Positions 1 through 14,009 of a stretch of 64,000 bases of DNA are shown piece by piece (within the stretch, counting starts at the first letter, position 1; each line of letters opens with the position of its first letter). Below the pieces are notes generated by a model. The model was given only the letters and a program-made list of their open reading frames with translations. It did no database searches and was not told the DNA's origin. Made by a program: the position numbers and the translations under genes. The stretch is from Octopus sinensis (lineage: Eukaryota), in contig NC_042998.1 in NCBI RefSeq assembly GCF_006345805.1, forward strand, positions 21,142,001-21,206,000, written 5' to 3'.

Positions 1-250
1 TCGAATTCCTACTTCTCTACACTAAGAGTTCACAGCTCCCGTATTATGGGCGTATGATTAAAATGTGGTGCAAGAGAGATTCTTCAAACCGAGTCAACCA
101 GGGTAGATCACGAGCGGTACATTAGATGGACACACTTGGGATTTTTGTTGGAAATCATAATGATGGCTGTCTCTTATAGGACCCAATGGAAACGGCACCG
201 GACAACTGTACCTCGTGAGTCCCCAGGATTAGTGAGAAGCGAAGATGGAT

Positions 251-552
251 GGATGGCACATGGCCTAGTGGTTAGAGCAGCGGACTTGCGGTCGAGGGAT
301 CGCGGGTTCGAATCTCAGGCCGGGCGATGTATGTGTTCATGAGCGAAACACCTAAGCTCCACGTGGCTCCGGCAGAAGGTAATGGCGAACTTTTGCTGAC
401 TCTTTTGCCACAACTTTCTCTCACTCTTTCCTCCTGCATCTTGCAGCTCACATGTGACAGATCGGCGTCCCGTCCAGGTGGGGAACCTATATGCCAAGGA
501 AACCGGGAAACCGGCCCTAATGAGCCAGGCATGGCTCGAGAAGGAACAAACA
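251..552 (+). mobile_element. tRNA-derived SINE, MetaSINE-like family
   Basis: A-box TGGCCTAGTGG, B-box GGTTCGAATC, central GGCGTCCCGTCCAGG...GAAACCGGGAAACCGG; homologous copy on the minus strand at 58310-58574. Confidence 0.75.
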
Positions 553-1334
553 TTGATGGATGGCACCGTATCTGTTTTGAGTGGTTCGGATGTCTTTATG
601 TGATTGTGTGCGATTTCTTGGTGTGCTAAAATCATCCTGAGTCATATCGGTATATTGCTGTATGTATTTCACTAGTTCTATCTCATTTGTATTAATTTAC
701 GGCAGTGTAATTAATCTACAATGTTTCTTAGCGGTTGTCCTTGGCTGGGCTGAGTCTATAATGAATTTTGCTAGTGTTTGTTTGTGATGTTGGTTGTCTC
801 TGCGGTAGTGGTGGTGATTCTGATAGTGGTGATGGTGGTTGTGATGATGATGATGATGATAATGATCGTGTTGGTGTTGTTGTTGGATATGGTGTTAGTA
901 TATCGAAGTGTGGAGGAATTTTTTGTTCGCTTGCACCTCCCAGCGTTTGCATGTGAAATTTTTCTTTCGTTATTTCTTAATTGTTACTCATTGCTGTTTG
1001 CTTTCTTCTCCGCCACCTTCACCATGTGTGGCGAAAAGTCTGCTGCCGGAAAAGCCCCCCAAAGAAAAAATAAACGAATTACTAGGTAACTAGAACCAGA
1101 ATAACCCTAACCCTAGACCTGTAGTGACACCACCAAAAACACCACCTAAAGCAAAATGCATAGAATGGACTAGAGAGGATTATATGTTGTAAGCTTCCTA
1201 TACAACCCAGCTAAACCCAAACAATAACCACATTCCTTAAATCCTTAAATCCTTAAAAATGTTTTAGCTCGAAGGCGACGGCCATGCTTGGGCACCACCA
1301 CATTGTACAAACATACATTTTATGGGGGAGGGAA

Positions 1335-1700
1335 TGAGTCGATTACATCGGTAAAGTCGACCTCGGCGGAATTTGAACTCAGAACGTAATGACGGACGAA
1401 ATACCTATTTCTTTATTACCCACAAGGGGCTAAACATAGAGGGGACAAATAAGGACAGACATAGGTATTAAGTCGATTACATCGACCCCAGTTCGTAACT
1501 GGTACTTAATTTATCGACTCCGAAAGGATGAAAGGTAAAGTCGACCTCGGCGGAATTTGAACTCACAACGTAACGGCAGACGAAATACCGCTAAGCATTT
1601 CGCCCGACGTGCTAACGATTCTGCTAGCTCGCCGCCTTGATGGACGAAATACCGCTAAGCATTTCATCCGGCGCGGTAACGATTCTACCAGCTCGCCACC
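1335..1700 (-). mobile_element. Nin/Deu-domain SINE with partial duplications
   Basis: Reverse complement of GGCGGCGAGCT...GAGGTCGACTTTACCTTTCATCCTTTCGG...AGTACCAG; same family as the 30683-31652 array. Confidence 0.75.
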
Positions 1701-1846
1701 AAAATCAGCAGTGCTTGGAACTGCAAGAATTCTTCGCAGGGTTCTTGAAGCATGACCAGAAAACAAGTGTCACCTTGGTCTGCTGGTTGAGGACAGCTGA
1801 CTCTTTCCATCATACCCAGCAAAATAAGCTGTGAGTTCTCATATAA

Positions 1847-3245
<1,399 letters not shown>

Positions 3246-3250
3246 ATTAA

Positions 3251-3306
<56 letters not shown>

Positions 3307-3319
3307 TAATAATAATAAC

Positions 3320-3364
<45 letters not shown>

Positions 3365-3399
3365 GATAGGCTACAGCAAATATTCTGCTCAATATGCCC

Positions 3400-3942
3400 C
3401 GATGCAGTACCAGGCAGTGGCTCTCATGGCTTCTGACCTTAACTGATTGGAAGTGTTATCATGTACATTGTTTTGTCTTGGTATAAAAGATGGGCTACAG
3501 CAAATATTCTGCTCGATACCACAGAGTTGCTTGTCAGTTGTTTGATCTTAACCAGTTGAACATGACTTAGTGACTGACGATATGTGGATCTCTGATCACG
3601 AGCAGAAGTAGTTGGGGAGCATCATAGCCATGTATTAAGAGGGGTTTAGATAATTCACCTCTGGAAACATGGGTGTTTTGTTCATCATCCTTAAACAACC
3701 CTTATTCAGGGACCTTTTGAGTGGGATGGGTGACTCGACCTGAAGAAAATTCTAACTGGGCCCCACCTTCAAGGTCATGCGCTGTTTATCTTGATATGAG
3801 ATCACCATGTCGCGCACACATGGTTGTGATGCATGTGCCCGGTGTACCCTTATCAGACGGGTAGTCATGATGGGTATATTGGGTTTCATATATTTTACCC
3901 CAGTGTTACTTTGATGGCATGCACTGCTCTCTCACTCAATAA
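3400..3942 (+). repeat. ~540-bp dispersed repeat family X with (AAT)n flanks
   Basis: Near-identical copies at 10294, 10922, 35497(-), 37461(-) and 38815. Confidence 0.85.
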
Positions 3943-3944
3943 TA

Positions 3945-3981
<37 letters not shown>

Positions 3982-3983
3982 CA

Positions 3984-4016
<33 letters not shown>

Positions 4017-4025
4017 TTATTTCTT

Positions 4026-4235
4026 TACTACCCACATGAGGCTAAACATAGAAGGGACAAACAAGGACAGACAAAGGGATTAAATCGATTACATCGACCC
4101 TAGTGCGAAACTGGTACTTTATTTTTCGGGGTCGATAAATAAACAACCAGTTTCGCTCTAGGGTCGATGTAATCGATTTAATCCCTTTGTCTGTCCTTGT
4201 TTGTCCCTTCTATGTTTAGCCTCATGTGGGTAGTA
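4026..4235. repeat. Near-perfect palindrome made of Nin-SINE 3' halves
   Basis: 4026-4115 is close to the exact reverse complement of 4146-4235. Confidence 0.85.
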
Positions 4236-4265
4236 GAAGTAATCAATAATAATAATAATATATAA

Positions 4266-4314
<49 letters not shown>

Positions 4315-4324
4315 TAATAAAGAA

Positions 4325-5160
4325 TAAACTAAACTAAACGCAAAAGAAAAAGACAAGAAAAATCCCAGCAATGGTGAGAAGCTCAGGACTCAAAGCAGAA
4401 AGAAACAGAGGATTTTAATTGCAGCACAAGACCAAAGCCTCCCCACCAGAAATTACCAAAAACATGTAATGAAAAGAAATATTACAAGTAACTGCAGAAT
4501 TGTGGAGAGGACAAGAAACAATAAATCATATTATCTCTAGCTGCCCAGTCCTGGCTAAGAAGGAATATATTCACAGACATGACAGAGTTGGAACTTACAT
4601 ACATTGGAAGCTATGCCAACATTATGGAATAACACAGAAAAAGATGGTATAGGCACACACCAGAAAAGGTCACAGAAAACGAGAAAGCAACCATACTCTG
4701 GGATATGCCGATACACACAGATAGAGAATTAAGGCAACAGACCAGATATAGTTGTCAGAGACCATGAGAAAAAAAAATGCTTTCTAATTGATGTATCAGT
4801 ACCGGCAGATGACAACGTGTCTCTAAAGAAATGGAGAAACTCTCAAAATACAAAGACCTGGAAATAGAGGTAACTAGAATGTGGAATCTGAAAACAGAAA
4901 CAATTCCTTCATAGTAGGTGCATTAGGCATGATAAAAAAATATTCAGACAAATACATAACAAAAACACCAGGACTACAAACACATATAACATACAGAAAA
5001 TTGCACTACTAGGCACTGCACACATCCTACGCAGAACACTTTCCATACAATAACCATCAGAGCATCACAAAACAATCACAGCACTACCCAAGGCACACCG
5101 AGCTGCGCTCGGTAGTGAAGTGAAAGCACGCTATAAAATAAAAATAAAACTACTGAATAA
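4325..5160 (+). mobile_element. Dong/R4 retrotransposon 3' fragment (second family)
   Basis: IAAQDQ, ETINHIISSC, RHD, TILWDMPIHTDR, PDIV, LIDVSVP, DLEIEVTRMW motifs with many 1-nt indels; (TAA)n tail. Confidence 0.85.
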
Positions 5161-5204
5161 AATAATAATAATAATAATAATAATAATGATGATGATGATG
5201 ATGC

Positions 5205-5254
<50 letters not shown>

Positions 5255-5273
5255 CTGATGATGATGATGATGA

Positions 5274-5304
<31 letters not shown>

Positions 5305-5323
5305 GTGATGGTGATGGTGATGG

Positions 5324-5366
<43 letters not shown>
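5157..5366. repeat. Compound (AAT)/(GAT)/(GGTGAT) microsatellite
   Basis: Direct reading. Confidence 0.95.
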
Positions 5367-5367
<1 letters not shown>

Positions 5368-6295
5368 CAGGCATGAGACACAAATCCCTGACTGCACACT
5401 GAAGAACAGCCTAATCTTTGGTAAAGAAAATGATGCTTTATTTCATTGAATATTAATTACATATAAGTTGATTTATTTATTTGTTTACAAATAATTATTA
5501 TTTTGTAATCAAATATATTAGGTAAAATTAGAATATTTATGAGAGGAAAATATTTTCACATATTGTTTTAAAGACGAATTACATATGCTAGAGTTTAATA
5601 CAGACATTGCAAAATAAAATCATTACAACACTGAAAAATAATTTGCCTGTTTGTTGTGAACTCCGTTTCCCATTCTTTGACATGATAGAAGAAATATTAA
5701 AACCAATGTTTACCAAAATATTTATGAACGAAAGCTAAAAGTAATATTCCTCTGCATTTGCAGTCAATATTTAAATGTAGTTTTCACTTTTAGCCATTTA
5801 TGTAAAATCTTTGTATAACAGTTTATTTGTTGTGCATCAGTTGGATTTTTAACTCTCATATAAATAACTGACTTTAAGGCAACATTTTGAAAAAATTAGG
5901 AAAGCGTTTAATATACGCTTTGTTTAACATTTATGTTTATACAATGGATTTAAACTTTGAATGTTTTTGAGATAATGGTAAAAAACATTTAAGTAAAAGC
6001 AAAATGCCACAGCATCACCTAATGCTTTCTTGGGTGATTGAACTGGACGGGAGGAATAGTACAAGTTGTGTAGGAATATCTCTATATTTCTTTATTGGTT
6101 CTACTCCTTTACTGGTTCTTGCCATCAGGCTGGGGTTGTAGAGTTCACCGATCAGAATATATCATTGTTTAATATTTGAAGTTATTTCGTTTAATAAGAA
6201 ATATGTAGTTTGTTGATTGTAGTTCCCAATGCATTTAAACATGTTTTTAATGATTAGATTAAAACATGAATAAAAAAAAAGTGAAGACTCTCCAT

Positions 6296-6502
6296 TTAAT
6301 ATGAATTACCGTAACTGTTCTGCACATAATTACTTGCAGAGGCAGCAGCTGTTGTACCTATAACAATGACAGCAATTATTATTGCTGCAGCTATAACACT
6401 CCCAATAATACCAACAATAATTGATATTTTGATAAATTGTCTTGCACTATTGTTAGCTTCCTGTGCGCCTGCTGTATTACCAGTTCGGGCCATTGTGTTT
6501 GC
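6296..6502 (-). CDS. Dispanin/CD225-family gene, terminal exon (ANTMARTGNTAGAQEANNSARQFIKISIIVGIIG...GNSY*)
   Basis: Acceptor tcttctAG at 6504-6503, phase 0; second half of CD225 (G-N/D-x-x-G-A...S-A-R) followed by a hydrophobic TM helix; TAA at 6298-6296; unique AT-rich putative 3' UTR with AATAAA signals (e.g. 6096-6091, 5827-5822). Confidence 0.9.
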   Translation of the reverse strand, partial: ANTMARTGNTAGAQEANNSARQFIKISIIVGIIGSVIAAAIIIAVIVIGTTAAASASNYVQNSYGNSY

Positions 6503-6940
6503 CTAGAAGATAAAATAAAAGTTAATTTATATTTAAAATCCGTTGATATAACATAACGTCAACAAGTATATTGTCATATATTTACAACTGATATCAGTTA
6601 CATGGTACAGAGAGCAAACCTGAAATTTCACTGTATTTTTATAAAAGATAGAAACACATTTGTCTGGGGGATTCTAAGGAAATTACCTGCCAGTGTTCAT
6701 GTTAACTTGAGATCAATAACATAACAACATTATTTCAAGTCCCTGTACAATACAAATCAAACATCGTGCTCTAATCCAGTGTTACTTATAAGGAGGGTGT
6801 AATGACTGAAAAGGAGGACGACAAATTGCTATGTTTAATAAAAAAGAAATTTGGTTTCCAGATGTTTAAACTTGCCAAAAGACCATTGCGAAGACAGATT
6901 ATAGATGAAACATCTATAATCTATTCTGTTTTATCATTAA

Positions 6941-7341
6941 CTAGCAGTATAGCCAAGCGTTGCTCGGGTTTGTTTTCTTTTCGACCCTTTAGAATTGGAA
7001 TTTTTGAAAAGTAAAAATTTTGCATTATGTAGCTTGTTATTCTCTTTAAGTGAACATTTTTCCGGTTGAAATACACCGAAAAATGGCGACACCGCAGTAA
7101 AAAAATCGTAAAAAATAGGGATTTTCATAGAAAAAAAGCACCTTTTTGATGTAAATAATTTTTGGTGTTAACATGGTCCGATTTGAATTTTTCTTCTTCG
7201 GAAGGAAGAGCAAGCCTTCTTCTATCATACTCTCAATTTTGGTCAACTTGCGCCGCAGGGTCTCGGAGGAGATAGTGTTAGTTGAAGGCTACCAAACCAT
7301 CCACACACACACAGACAACTTCAGCTTTATACATATATAGA
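6941..7341 (-). mobile_element. Non-autonomous Helitron
   Basis: Same TC / hairpin-CTAG termini and A|T site as the other copies; different internal sequence. Confidence 0.8.
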
Positions 7342-7574
7342 TAAAGAAGTCGAAGAGAGTGGTGTTGCGCCCGGTGATGTGTGACTGGTATTTGTGAATT
7401 TAAGAACCACCGCTCTTATAAAAGTTGATATATCGTCAAAACTGCAATTGCTATTTTGGTGTTAAAAATTTTGGCTGAGAAAATTATAGGCATATATCAT
7501 GTTACTAGAACTGTGAAATCTTGTATGCATTAATTTCAGCTCGTCTTATTAATAAATCCATCGGTTTTTTTTTT

Positions 7575-8219
7575 TCAGGTAAATTGACTGTTTAAAGAAG
7601 GCTTCAAAAGTAACTAAAGGCGACTTTTCTTGAAAATACAAAATTTGGTATTGTGGTATTGGACCCCAACGACATTCATGATGATACGGTTGCTACATTA
7701 GAGGATGATGCTCCGGCCTTATCAATAGTGCAAAAGTGGGCAGCTGAATACAGGAAGGGAAACGGAGAGTCTTGAAGGTAATCCAAGTTTTAGATGTCCT
7801 GCAGCTGCCACCCCCGGGAAAAACATTGATCGTGTTCCTTACATGGTGATGGATGACAGGCGATTGACTATGAATCAAATAGTCAATTCTATTAGCATTT
7901 TCCTTGAAAGATTTGGGAACATTCTGTGCAATGAATTTGGTCTGACGAAGGTCTCACCCCGATGGGGGCAACGTCTTCTGATACCTGACCAACAGCACAC
8001 CGGACTCTCTCTCTTTTACTCTTTTACTCTTTTACTTGTTTCAGTCATTTGACTGCGGCCATGTTGGAGCACCGCCTTTAGTCGAGCAAATCGACCCCGG
8101 GACTTATTCTTTGTAAGCCCAGTACTTATTCTATCGATCTCTTTTGCCGAACCGCTAAGTGACGGGGACGTAAACACACCAGCATCGGTTGTCAAGCAAT
8201 GCTAGGGGGACAAACACAA

Positions 8220-8252
<33 letters not shown>

Positions 8253-8480
8253 CATATATACGACAGGCGTCTTTCAGTTTCCGTCTACCAAATCCACTCA
8301 CAAGGCATTGGTCGGCCCGGGGCTATAGCAGAAGACACTTGCCCAAGATGCCACGCAGTGGGACTGAACCCGGAACCATGTGGTTGGTTAGCAAGCTACT
8401 TACCACACAGCTACTCCTGCACCTATATCTGGTCATATCACGAGAAAACCTGACATTGTTTGAGGGAGAACCAGCTGACC
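7575..8480 (+). mobile_element. Degenerate mariner transposase fragment interrupted by a SINE
   Basis: DDAPALSIVQKWAAE, DDRRLTMNQI, LTKVSPRWGQRLL (WVPRLL-like) motifs. Confidence 0.7.
8010..8424 (-). mobile_element. tRNA-derived SINE family A (internal TA/TG microsatellite, LINE-like tail)
   Basis: Head GG(C/T)GCAGGAGT(G/A)GCTGTGTGGTAAG...GGTTCAGTCCC; tail CATGGCCGCAGTCAAATGACTGAAAC-(AAGAGTAA)n; about ten copies in the window. Confidence 0.85.
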
Positions 8481-8748
8481 TACGCGGTATGTGAATTCAG
8501 AACGTAAAGACAGACGAAAAACCGCTAGGCAATTCGCCCGGCGTGCTAACGTTTCTGCCAGCTCACCGCCTTCTTTTAAAATATAATATCAATAAACCGA
8601 GAAACCTATAAAAGACATGTTTTTTAAGCAAGTGAAATACTGGCCTAACTATAGTATTCTTTACAATAAAATTTGAATATTTTCGGGTAAAATGAATCGA
8701 AAGCTATAGAATTTAATTTTTTCCAAGAAGTGTTCATATTCTACTTAC

Positions 8749-8859
8749 TTTATCTGCATATATAATAGCAGCAATGCCTGTTGGACAAAAACAGAAAAGG
8801 GTGACAAGAACTGCTGCTAGCATCTTATCTTCATGGTATTGCTGTGGCTGGTTGGTAAC
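8749..8859 (-). CDS. Dispanin/CD225-family gene, internal exon (VTNQPQQYHEDKMLAAVLVTLFCFCPTGIAAIIYADK)
   Basis: ttttcAG acceptor at 8861-8860, GTAAGT donor at 8748-8743, 111 nt, phase 0/0; hallmark hydrophobic C-x-x-P-x-G-I-x-A-I-x-Y segment of CD225. Confidence 0.92.
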
Positions 8860-8913
8860 CTGAAAACAAAAGGTAATAAATTCAATGAAATCATCTAATG
8901 ATGATGATGTCGG

Positions 8914-9353
8914 GGATCTTTTCGGTTTGACCGGCAGTTTTTAACATAATTTCTAGGTAACTAAAACATTTTAAACTTCGTATACCGGTAGAATGTGTTT
9001 ATAAAACATATTTTTCTCTTGGCTTTATTATGAAAATTCTATAGTTTGTAAGATATTTGTTGTTGTTTTTCTTCAATTTCTGCAATTTCAACTAATCACT
9101 GACGTCTATTGAAGTAAAAGACATTCTGTGCCGTATGAATATGTCCCTCGTTTAAGAAACAGATTGGGTTTATTTACATTTGTGAAAAAAAAAAAGATAC
9201 CCTTCCCCCACTCCTAACCCTAACCCTAACCCTAACTAACCCTGACCCTAAAAGAGATTGAAATGCAATAGATCGATTCTAGGGTCATAATTATGGGTGA
9301 CAATTTCATATGACACCGCTAGAAAAAAACTGCCGTTCAAACCGAAAAGATCC
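8914..9353. mobile_element. MITE with GGATCTTTTCGG TIRs, 8-bp TSD and internal (CCCTAA)n; Merlin-like
   Basis: TIR ~29 bp; TSD GATGTCGG at 8906-8913 and 9354-9361. Confidence 0.88.
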
Positions 9354-9412
9354 GATGTCGGTGATGACGATAATGATGAAGATAATTTTAGAAGATATGA
9401 TAAAGACGACGG

Positions 9413-9672
9413 TGGAGGCGCATGGCTTAGTGGTTAGGGTGTCGGCATCATGATCGTAAGATTGTGGTTTCGATTCCTGGACCGGGCGACGCGTTGTGTT
9501 CTTGAGCAAAACGCTTCATTTCACGTTGCTCCAGTCCACTCAGCTGGCAAAAATGAGTAACGCTGCGTTGGACTGGCGTCCCGTCCAGCCGGGGAACACG
9601 TACGCCATAGAAACCCGGGAAACCGGGCCCATGAGCCTGGCTAGGCTTTAAAAGGGCAGCATTTATTTATTT
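9413..9672 (+). mobile_element. MetaSINE-like tRNA SINE
   Basis: A/B boxes, GTGTTCTTGAGCAA, GGACTGGCGTCCCGTCCAG, (ATTT)n tail. Confidence 0.8.
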
Positions 9673-9964
9673 TTATGATAAAGACGACGCTGACAATGAC
9701 GACGACGACAACGATGATGATGGAAGTCGACGTATGAGTCTTTAGATTTGTTTGTAGTTATAAATACATAATGCTATACGTTAGCTATACGTTCCTCCGC
9801 CAAATCGACGTTGCCTCAACAGGTGCCTGGTGTGTCACGTGTCAGGTGCCGAAGTGAGAGCAGAGTCACGTGAGATGACTTGCTTTTGCTCAAGAATTGA
9901 AAAAAAAAAAACCCCACAATCTTGCGACCGTGAATGCAGTACCCTTACCATTAGATCACCCTTT

Positions 9965-10017
<53 letters not shown>

Positions 10018-10235
10018 GCTACTACTGCTGCTGCTGCTACTACTACTGCCACTACTACTACTACTAATAATAATAATAACTATGTACAAAACCAAATATA
10101 TGGCACCCTAGGCATAACACTAACATGAACTTCCAACTTGTTGTCTCGTGAGGTCTCTGGGTGAGACTTGGAGCCAACTTGTACAAATGTAAACCAAAAG
10201 TCAAACAAATAATAATAATAATGATAATAATAATG

Positions 10236-10276
<41 letters not shown>

Positions 10277-10833
10277 CAGAAGAAGAAGAAGAACTAGGCA
10301 GTGCCTCTCATAGCTCCTGATCTCAACTGACTGGAAGTGTTATCATGTACATTGTTTTGTCTTGGTATAAAAGATGGGCTACAGCAAATATTCTGCTCAA
10401 TACCACAGATTTGCTTGTCAGTTGTTTGACCTTAACCAGTTGACCATGTCCCTTAGTGGCTGACAATATGTGGATCTCTGACCACGAGCAGAAGTAGTGG
10501 GGGAGCATCATAGCCATGTGTTGAGAGGAATTCTTTGGGGTTTGAATAATTCACCTCTGGAAACATGGGTGTTTCGTTAAACATCCTTAAACAACCCTTA
10601 TTCAGGGACCTTTTGAGTTGGATGGGCTACTCGACCAGAAGAAAATTCTAACTGGGCCCCACCTGCAAGGTCATGTACTGTTTATCTTGATATGAGATCA
10701 CCATGTCGCGCACATATGGTTGTGATGCATGTGCCTGGTGTACCCTTATCAGACGGGTAGTCATGATGGGTATACTGGGCTTCGTATATTTTACCCCAGT
10801 GTCACTTTGATGGCATGCACTGCTCTCTCACTC

Positions 10834-10905
<72 letters not shown>

Positions 10906-11461
10906 CAGAAGAAGAAGAAGAACTAGGCAGTGCCTCTCATAGCTCCTGATCTCAACTGACTGGAAGTGTTATCATGTACATGTTTTGTCTTGGTATAAAA
11001 GATGGGTTACAGCAAATATTCTGCTCAATACCACAGATTTGCTTGTCAGTTGTTTGACCTTAACCAGTTGACCATGTCCCTTAGTGGCTGACAATATGTG
11101 GATCTCTGACCACGAGCAGAAGTAGTGGGGGAGCATCATAGCCATGTGTTGAGAGGAATTCTTTGGGGTTTGAATAATTCACCTCTGGAAACATGGGTGT
11201 TTCGTTAAACATCCTTAAACAACCCTTATTCAGGGACCTTTTGAGTTGGATGGGCTACTCGACCACAAGAAAATTATAACTGGGCCCCACCTGCAAGGTC
11301 ATGTACTGTTTATCTTGATATGAGATCACCATGTCGCGCACATATGGTTGTGATGCATGTGCCTGGTGTACCCTTATCAGACGGGTAGTCATGATGGGTA
11401 TACTGGGCTTCGTATATTTTACCCCAGTGTCACTTTGATGGCATGCACTGCTCTCTCACTC

Positions 11462-11500
<39 letters not shown>
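10277..11500 (+). repeat. Tandem duplication (~629-bp unit) of family X plus microsatellite
   Basis: Units start at 10277 and 10906 and differ at only a few bases. Confidence 0.9.
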
Positions 11501-11508
<8 letters not shown>

Positions 11509-11574
11509 TGATAATGATAATAATAATAATGTAATAATAATAATAGTAGTAGTAGTCGTAGTAATAGTAGTAGT

Positions 11575-11624
<50 letters not shown>

Positions 11625-11664
11625 TAGTATAGTAGTAGTAGTAGTAGTAGTAATAATAATAATC

Positions 11665-11699
<35 letters not shown>

Positions 11700-11963
11700 A
11701 ATAATAATAAGTACCAGACAGTGGCTCTCATGGCTCCTGATCTTAACTGATTGGAAGTGTTATCATGTACATTGTTTTGTCTTGGTATAAAAGATGGGCT
11801 ACAGCTACTGTACGGTACCTTGATCAACATGAGGCTACCGCTCTGCCATAGTTTTCAGTTGACAAATAGCTTCTGATTTGAATTGTCTGATGGAAACTGT
11901 GAGGAAACCTATCATGTGCACATACACATGCACCCTCACATACGTCGTCGTCGTCATCATCAT

Positions 11964-11997
<34 letters not shown>

Positions 11998-12269
11998 ATC
12001 ATCATCATCATCAAGGTCTAGTCTTTGGCCCTCAAGTTAGAAGGCATTAGCAAATCTCTTCCTTTGTGCTTCTGCTTTTGCTAGACAAACCTATTGCGTA
12101 GCTTTCTTTCTAGCTACATGATATAGTTCTTTGTTACCTCTACTTTTACACTATTTCTAAGTCTGTCTCTTCTGTTATTTATGATCTCCTTGTTCCACTA
12201 CCACGTCACATTGGTGTCGCAGAAACTTTGCTCCAGACATAGATTTGGCCTGTCACCCTCATTAAATTA

Positions 12270-13324
12270 TCCTCTAAGAACTTTCATATATACGTCAGAA
12301 AATGAAGTCAGAACAGCCATATATACAAATAACTATAATAAAAGCGCATGCTGAGAAAAATCAAGATGCCCATTGATGAACCTCTGTATGAGTACAAATC
12401 TTGTATATAAATGTACTGTACACACAAGGGGAGGGCCATATTTTTACATTAGAGCAACGGCTGATTCATTCAAGAATCGTTATTGCAACCATGTCGCCAG
12501 TTTCAAGAAAATCAATAAGAGACATTCAACATCTTTGTCTGATTTTGTGTGGCAACTTCAGGGAGATAAAATTAAGTATAATTTGGATCCATAGTAAGGC
12601 ACACAAAAAACATATATTATCGTTTCCAGGAGGTGCCGACACTGCTCCGAGGAATCCCTGTCTATTCTGTGGACTAATGAGATCATTTTCAGAATTTCTG
12701 AAAGACTCTCAAGATGCTTACATGCATATAAATGCACTTTCGCACAATGCAGTGGAAATGAATTTGAGTAACCGTTAACCTAATTGCTTATCATAATTCA
12801 CCTTAAGATATGAATGAGTTAACTTTAGCTCTAACTTCCTCATTCTTGTAAAGTAGCTATTTAATTCGCTATGTGAACGTATGTGCGCCAAGCTATACGT
12901 GTGCGTAAGCTTACATCTTCGTGGATACTTGTATGAGCGAGTGTGCATGTGCCGTACAACCTACACGAGGGCGTTTATATATCCATATCTGTTAACGGTT
13001 ATATTTAATACTTTTATCGCTGTATTGCGTGTTCGTTTCATTTTTGCATCTGTTATTTTTTTATCATTGATCTTCTATATAAATGAAGCTATATCCTTTA
13101 ATCTGCTGCTTTGCTTTACATGAACTGAGAAGATACATTGCGAAAATGTTATTTTAACGAATTATATCTATTTATCACCCGAAGAGACACATCAACATCG
13201 TCGGATGTTCTTCATCCAGTTGTTAAGTATTCCGCTCGTGAGGGATCAATGCTAGATGGGTCGAAAGAATTGCAGCGATAATAAAAATTCTCGTATTTTC
13301 CATCGTCTATCTCTCATCAACCAA

Positions 13325-13325
<1 letters not shown>
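12270..13325 (+). mobile_element. Penelope-like element, Naiad-like GIY-YIG C-terminus and 3' region, decayed
   Basis: NLVYKCTV..YIRAT..FKNRYCNHVASF..HSTSLSDFVWQL, then CxxC and RCLH-like motifs in shifted frames; ends in (TA)n. Confidence 0.7.
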
Positions 13326-13402
<77 letters not shown>

Positions 13403-13601
13403 CAGGTATAAGCTAGAGATGTTTAAAGCCACAAAGGGATAGATATATCCAAATGCACTTCTTTTTCCTCACCATGGTAAACAGAAACGATCGTAAACAA
13501 CTTCACTCTCACTCTCACCTTTAGTTACGAATTAAATAATAGCTTACTAGCGCAAAAGACACACTTCTGTTTGATATTTGTCCCCCATTTTCTTCTCGCC
13601 T

Positions 13602-13700
<99 letters not shown>

Positions 13701-13879
13701 CGGCGTGAAGAAAATTCATTCAAAGCAATGAATAGTAACTTACGAAACCGTCGGTATGCTCGAATCTCTTTAATAATCTCACAATAATGACTTTTATTAC
13801 TTTTATTCCTACCTCAGTTCATCCAATTGTATATATCTTTCGTTACTTTTCGTAAAAAGCCTTTACTTTTTTTTATTTA

Positions 13880-13965
13880 CAATGTGTATTTTCGTTGATT
13901 TTTTCTTTCTTTCTCCTCACATTACCACGTGCAGTTTCTATTTTCTTTTTTTAACATATTTCTAT

Positions 13966-14009
<44 letters not shown>

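Noticed and set aside
8189-8494. Recurrent small ORFs MLGGQTQT.../RRASFSFRLPNPLTR as a peptide gene family
   Set aside because: These are antisense translations of SINE family A, and the frame varies with microsatellite length.
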